From: Thermodesulfobacteriota bacterium
Lineage (GTDB): Bacteria > Desulfobacterota > Desulfobulbia > Desulfobulbales > SURF-16
NCBI GenBank assembly: GCA_040755455.1
Contig: JBFMAY010000011.1
Location: 1 to 64,000 of the forward strand
Direction: 5' to 3'
DNA length: 64,000 nt
Shown: positions 58,830-64,000 of the stretch, in pieces
Numbering within the stretch: position 1 is the stretch's first letter
How the letters are laid out: each line of letters opens with the position of its first letter
Notes under the pieces: model-generated
The model's database searches: none
What the model was told of the DNA's origin: nothing
What the model saw: the letters and a program-made list of their open reading frames with translations, nothing else
Position numbers and translations under genes: made by a program

Positions 58830-60431
58830 TTACCACTGCTCCGGCCTTGCCAGGCCGTACTTCTTGATCTTGTAGCCGATCTGCCGCTGGGTCAGGCCCA
58901 ACTCCCGGGCGGCCCGGGACTGCACCCAGCCGTGCCGTCTGAGCGACGCCTCGATTTCCACCCGCTCCATGTCCTTCAGCACCCTTGCCCTGCCCGCATT
59001 GCCCGCTGCCGCGGACACCACATCCGCGACAGGGGCCTGCACCGCAACAGCCCTCCCCTGCGGCCCGGCAAACATCTTGTCGGGCAGATCCGATATCTGC
59101 AGCCAGCCGCTGTCCGTGAGAATAACCAACCGCTCCACCAGGTTCTGTAATTCCCGGACATTACCGGGCCAGTCATAGGCCGTCAAAAAATCAAGAAACT
59201 CCTTGGTCATTTTCACATTTTTTTCATTACGCTTATTGCTTGACCGGAGGAAATGATCCAGCAGCAACGGGACATCTTCGCTTCGCTCCCGCAGGGGCGG
59301 CAGAGTAAGGGGCACCACGTTCAGCCGGTAATAGAGATCATTGCGGAACTTGCCCTCGACCACGGCGTTCTCGAGACTGACATTGGTTGCCGCGATGATG
59401 CGCACATCCACACTCAGGGTGGTGGTGCCGCCGAGCCGCTCAAACTGGCTTTCCTGCAGCACCCGCAACAGTTTGGCCTGCAGGGCCAGCGGCAGCTCGC
59501 CGATCTCGTCAAGAAACAGAGTCCCGCCATTGGCCAGTTCAAATCGCCCGGGCTTGGCGCTCACCGCGCCGGTGAAGGCCCCTTTTTCATGGCCCAGCAG
59601 CTCGCTTTCCAGCAGGTTTTCCGGCAAGGCGGCACAGTTCACCTTGATAAATGTTTTGTCCTTGCGAGTGCTGGCCTGATGAATGGCCCGGGCCACCAGT
59701 TCCTTGCCGGTGCCCGACTCACCCAGCAGCAGCACGGTGGCCCGGCTGGGCGCCACCTTCTCGATGCTCCAGAAAATGCCCTGCATGGGCTTGCTTTGCC
59801 CGATCATGTAATGGCGATGATAACGGCTGTGCAACTCCGCCTTCAGGCTCTTGTTCTCCTCCACCAGCACCGCCTGGTTGCGGCTGATGGCCCGGTGCAG
59901 ACTGAGAAACTGGGCGATCAGGGTGGACAGCACGGAGAGAAAACGGATGTCCTCCTCAAACGAAACATCCAGGCCAAACAGCCGGTCCACGCTGAGCACG
60001 CCCACCGGCTTGCTGGACAGCATCACCGGCACGCCGATAAAGGAAATACGCTCCTTGCTGATCTTGGACCTGGCCTTTGTTCTATTGAGAAAGAGGGGCT
60101 CACTCTGGATGTCCGGCACGACAAAGGGTGAACAGGTGCGGAAAATCTGCCCGGATATTCCCTCGTTCAGACCATATACCCCGCGCTGCTCCTCCTGCAC
60201 GGTCAAGCCATAGGAGGCGCGGATGGTCAACCTTTCGCCTGATTTATCGAGCAGAACCAGGGTGGCCCGCTCCATGCGCAGGATGTCATGCACGATACGC
60301 AATATTTTGCTTAACGTCGTATCCAGATGGACCGCCGAACCGATGAGCTGGCAGATCTCGCTTAAGGCCTGCAGCTCAAGGGCTTCGATCGTCGGTTTCC
60401 TGGAAGATGGTAACATGTTTGCTCCTGTCAT
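58830..60431 (-). CDS. nifA: nif-specific sigma54 activator NifA (GAF-AAA-HTH)
   Basis: GAF ([14 protein letters not shown]), [38 protein letters not shown]; divergent from nifH. Confidence 0.92.
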   Translation of the reverse strand: MTGANMLPSSRKPTIEALELQALSEICQLIGSAVHLDTTLSKILRIVHDILRMERATLVLLDKSGERLTIRASYGLTVQEEQRGVYGLNEGISGQIFRTCSPFVVPDIQSEPLFLNRTKARSKISKERISFIGVPVMLSSKPVGVLSVDRLFGLDVSFEEDIRFLSVLSTLIAQFLSLHRAISRNQAVLVEENKSLKAELHSRYHRHYMIGQSKPMQGIFWSIEKVAPSRATVLLLGESGTGKELVARAIHQASTRKDKTFIKVNCAALPENLLESELLGHEKGAFTGAVSAKPGRFELANGGTLFLDEIGELPLALQAKLLRVLQESQFERLGGTTTLSVDVRIIAATNVSLENAVVEGKFRNDLYYRLNVVPLTLPPLRERSEDVPLLLDHFLRSSNKRNEKNVKMTKEFLDFLTAYDWPGNVRELQNLVERLVILTDSGWLQISDLPDKMFAGPQGRAVAVQAPVADVVSAAAGNAGRARVLKDMERVEIEASLRRHGWVQSRAARELGLTQRQIGYKIKKYGLARPEQW

Positions 60432-60709
60432 TTTTCTCAGCCCTCTGGCTGAATTCGTCTCAATACCTGCCTGTAACAGAATGTAGCAATATATATTCCA
60501 CTGCGACCAGCCACGAAACTATTCAGCTATTATGTTGAAATCAAAAAATAAAAATCGAAAAATTAGCCAACAACATTCCCCTGGCTATCTCTAGAAAATA
60601 TCGAAAATGTAAATTTTATGAATTATAATATTACTTTTTTGTTATATTATTTTTGCAACAACTCGCCCTCGGTTGCCATGCTACAAAATTGCAACAACGG
60701 TTTCCTTTT

Positions 60710-60725
60710 TGTCATCTTCCCGACA
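60710..60725 (+). promoter_or_regulatory. NifA upstream activator sequence
   Basis: TGT-CATCTTCCCG-ACA (TGT-N10-ACA) inside the palindrome TTTTGTC..GACAAAA, about 100 bp before -24. Confidence 0.8.
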
Positions 60726-60781
60726 AAAGCGCGGGGCCGCATACCCACCCCCTCTGCGCCCCCATCGCCAGCACAACCGCT

Positions 60782-60794
60782 TAACATCTTGATA
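60782..60794 (-). promoter_or_regulatory. IHF site between the UAS and the nifH promoter
   Basis: minus strand reads TATCAA-GATG-TTA. Confidence 0.7.
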
Positions 60795-60823
60795 AATAAA
60801 GAATATTTTTTATTCAACCAGAG

Positions 60824-60838
60824 TGGCACACCTCTTGC
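60824..60838 (+). promoter_or_regulatory. sigma54 promoter of the nifH operon
   Basis: TGGCAC-ACCTC-TTGC. Confidence 0.88.
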
Positions 60839-60926
60839 CATTAAGGGAAACAAAACATCACAGGTCCAGCCTGCGCATCGAGCCCGTTGCCCGGCATGGC
60901 TCAGTCCGGACAGAGAAAAACCTTAG

Positions 60927-61841
<915 letters not shown>

Positions 61842-61842
61842 T

Positions 61843-61977
61843 GTTCCAACGATCAAACGCGCAAGCGATCAAACGAGCCAAATCTTCAACCTGGAAAAGA
61901 TGAACGCTTGCACGCAGGAACGCTGAAACACTGGAACGTTGGCACGCTTACACGCTTAAACGCTGGAACGCTTGATC
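61843..61977. repeat. degenerate 8-bp tandem array between nifH and nifI1
   Basis: gcttgcac gcaggaac gctgaaac actggaac gttggcac gcttacac gcttaaac gctggaac gcttgatc (61906-61977), plus 4 similar units at 61843-61874. Confidence 0.75.
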
Positions 61978-62006
61978 GTTCCCGTACACCCTACTGGAGA
62001 AATACT

Positions 62007-62360
62007 ATGTTGACTATGATAAGAGCTATTGTCAGGCCGGAAAAAGCAGACAAAATCCTTGCCGCCCTCATGGACGCAGGCTTTCCGGCGGTGACCAAAT
62101 ATTCGGTGGCCGGCCGCGGCAAGCAGCGCGGCATCAGGATCGGCGAGGTCACCTATGACGAGATTCCTAAAATGATGCTGATGAGCGTGGTTAAGCCCGA
62201 GGAAAAGGATTTCGTCATCCAGACCATCATGGATACCGCCCGCTCCGGGGTCAAGGGCGCCTTCGGCGACGGCAAAATCTTTGTCACCGACGTGGAGGAG
62301 TCCTACACCATCAGCTCCGGGGTCAGGGAAACCGGCGCGCCCGAGGAGGCCAAGGCATGA
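62007..62360 (+). CDS. nifI1: P-II family nitrogen regulator NifI1
   Basis: IRAIVRPEK, AGRGKQRG, YDEIPK, GAFGDGKIF; between nifH and nifD. Confidence 0.92.
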   Translation: MLTMIRAIVRPEKADKILAALMDAGFPAVTKYSVAGRGKQRGIRIGEVTYDEIPKMMLMSVVKPEEKDFVIQTIMDTARSGVKGAFGDGKIFVTDVEESYTISSGVRETGAPEEAKA

Positions 62361-62731
62361 AAGAGGTGATCGCCATTGTGCGAATAAACATGATGAACCA
62401 GACCAAGCAGGTCTTGACCGATATCGGCATCGACGCCTTCTTCGCCCATGAAGCCCATGGCCGGGGCAAGGGTTTTGTCAATCCCGCGGTGCTGAACGGC
62501 GCCCAGCAGGGCTATGAGGAAGCCGCCTCCCTGCTTGGCGAAAAGGGGAAACTCTATGCCAAGCGCATGGTGACGGTGGTGATCAAGGACGAGCTGGTCG
62601 ATGACGTGGTGCAGGCGATTATCGCGACCAACCGCACCGGCAAGCCCGGTGACGGCAAGATCTTTGTCCTGCCGGTGGCCGATGCCGTCCGCGTCCGGAC
62701 GGGTGAGATGGGCCTCAAGTCCATCGTCTAA
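62357..62731 (+). CDS. nifI2: P-II family nitrogen regulator NifI2
   Basis: MKEVIAIVRINMMNQTK, GRGKG, TGKPGDGKIFVLPV. Confidence 0.92.
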   Translation: MKEVIAIVRINMMNQTKQVLTDIGIDAFFAHEAHGRGKGFVNPAVLNGAQQGYEEAASLLGEKGKLYAKRMVTVVIKDELVDDVVQAIIATNRTGKPGDGKIFVLPVADAVRVRTGEMGLKSIV

Positions 62732-62747
62732 TATAAGGAGCAATAAC

Positions 62748-64000
62748 ATGGCAACAATGACCGCAAAAAAGAACACAAAGGCGCAGTGGGAACCGGCCGA
62801 GGTCAAGGCCGAGCTGCTGGCCAAGTACCCGCCCAAGGTGGCCCGCAAACGCGCCAAACAGATATTGATCAATGAGGCCCTGGAAAACGAGACGCCGGAG
62901 ATCTCCGCCAACGTGCGCACCATCCCCGGCATCATCACCATGCGCGGCTGCACCTATGCCGGCTGCAAGGGGGTTATCATGGGTCCTACCCGGGACATCG
63001 TCAATCTGGTGCACGGCCCCATCGGCTGCAGCTTTTACGCCTGGCTGACCCGGCGCAACCAGACCGATGCCGGAGCTGACGGTGCAAACTACATGACCTA
63101 TGCCTTTTCCACGGACATGCAGGACTCGGACATCATTTTCGGCGGCGAAAAGAAACTGGAAAAGGCCATCCAGGAGGCCTATGACCTGTTCCATCCCAGA
63201 TCCATCGCCGTCTTTGCCACCTGCCCGGTGGGATTGATCGGCGACGACATCCACACCGTGGCCAAGCGGATGAAGGAGAAATTCGGCGACTGCAATGTCT
63301 ACGCCTTTTCCTGCGAGGGCTACAAGGGCGTCAGCCAGTCAGCCGGCCACCACATTGCCAACAACCAGGTGTTCCGCCATATCGTCGGCGAAAACGACGA
63401 GGTGAAACCGGGCAAATATAAGATCAACCTGCTGGGCGAGTACAACATCGGCGGCGACGGCTTTGAGATCGACCGCATTTTCAAGAAATGCGGCATCACC
63501 AACATCGCCACCTTTTCCGGCAACTCGACCTATGACCAGTTCGCCTCGGCCCACACCGCCGATCTGAACGCCGTCATGTGTCACCGGTCCATCAACTACG
63601 TGGCCGACATGCTGGAGACCAAATACGGCATCCCCTGGATCAAGGTGAACTTCATCAGCGCCAAGGCCACGGCCAAATCGCTGCGCAAGATCGCCGAGTA
63701 CTTCGGCGACCAGGAGCTCACCCGCCGGGTGGAGGCGGTGATTGCCGAGGAGATGCCGGCGGTGGAGGCGGCGAAAAATGACATCCTGCCCCGCACCCAG
63801 GGCAAGACCGCCATGCTGTTTGTCGGCGGCTCCCGGGCCCACCATTACCAGGAACTGTTTGCCGAGATGGGCATGAAAACCATCTCCGCCGGTTACGAGT
63901 TCGCCCACCGGGACGATTACGAGGGCCGTCAGATCATCCCCAATCTGACGGTGGATGCCGACAGCCGCAACATCGAAGAGATCGAGGTGGAGGCCGACGC
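62748..64000 (+). CDS. nifD: nitrogenase MoFe protein alpha chain (partial; runs off the window)
   Basis: read by hand: TIPGIITMRGCTYAGCKG, HGPIGCS, TCPVGLIGDD, SQSAGHH, MCHRSINY, VGGSRAHHY, GYEFAH. Confidence 0.96.
   Translation, partial: MATMTAKKNTKAQWEPAEVKAELLAKYPPKVARKRAKQILINEALENETPEISANVRTIPGIITMRGCTYAGCKGVIMGPTRDIVNLVHGPIGCSFYAWLTRRNQTDAGADGANYMTYAFSTDMQDSDIIFGGEKKLEKAIQEAYDLFHPRSIAVFATCPVGLIGDDIHTVAKRMKEKFGDCNVYAFSCEGYKGVSQSAGHHIANNQVFRHIVGENDEVKPGKYKINLLGEYNIGGDGFEIDRIFKKCGITNIATFSGNSTYDQFASAHTADLNAVMCHRSINYVADMLETKYGIPWIKVNFISAKATAKSLRKIAEYFGDQELTRRVEAVIAEEMPAVEAAKNDILPRTQGKTAMLFVGGSRAHHYQELFAEMGMKTISAGYEFAHRDDYEGRQIIPNLTVDADSRNIEEIEVEAD

Noticed and set aside
61939..61956. TTGGCAC inside the octamer array as an internal sigma54 promoter
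   Set aside because: The GC lies 11 nt rather than 10 nt after the GG, and there is no TTGC
61843..61977. CRISPR interpretation of the periodic arrays (also 39359-39581)
   Set aside because: Units are 8-9 bp with no 25-40 bp repeat-spacer structure, and there are no cas genes

Overview
This is a gene-dense chromosomal window of moderately high GC. Gene content and protein style suggest a Desulfobacterota (Desulfobulbia-like) anaerobic diazotroph; that taxonomy is inferred. From left to right it holds: rpsU-xerD-DHH/CBS tRNA nucleotidyltransferase-M50 protease; radA; two tRNA-Ser; an orphan GspG-like pseudopilin paired with a membrane HAMP-GAF-HD-GYP protein; PilZ, pilD and a sigma54 activator; cytochrome bd (DUF4492-cydAB plus a small ORF); a CutA-TPR fusion; HDOD and cNMP-PilZ proteins; and a truncated P4-type integrase at tRNA-Leu. 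Next come a double-cubane protein/activator/MauE/rhodanese operon, a long minus-strand arg-lys-dap-folK-tal-pgsA cluster and lptAB-rpoN-ptsN-rapZ. The window ends in a nitrogen region: glnK-amtB-porin, an atypical GATase, a divergent RelA/SpoT-fold nucleotidyltransferase-like protein, nifV, nifA, and nifH-nifI1-nifI2-nifD (cut by the window end). There are two best candidates for undescribed systems. One is the GATase variant (HPE replaced by DNH) plus Rel/Spo-like NTase module inside the amtB-nif region. The other is the pseudopilin plus HD-GYP sensor pair. Several small ORFs missing from the ORF track, structured arg leaders and periodic intergenic repeats are also reported. All calls come from motif recognition by eye; no database searches were run.
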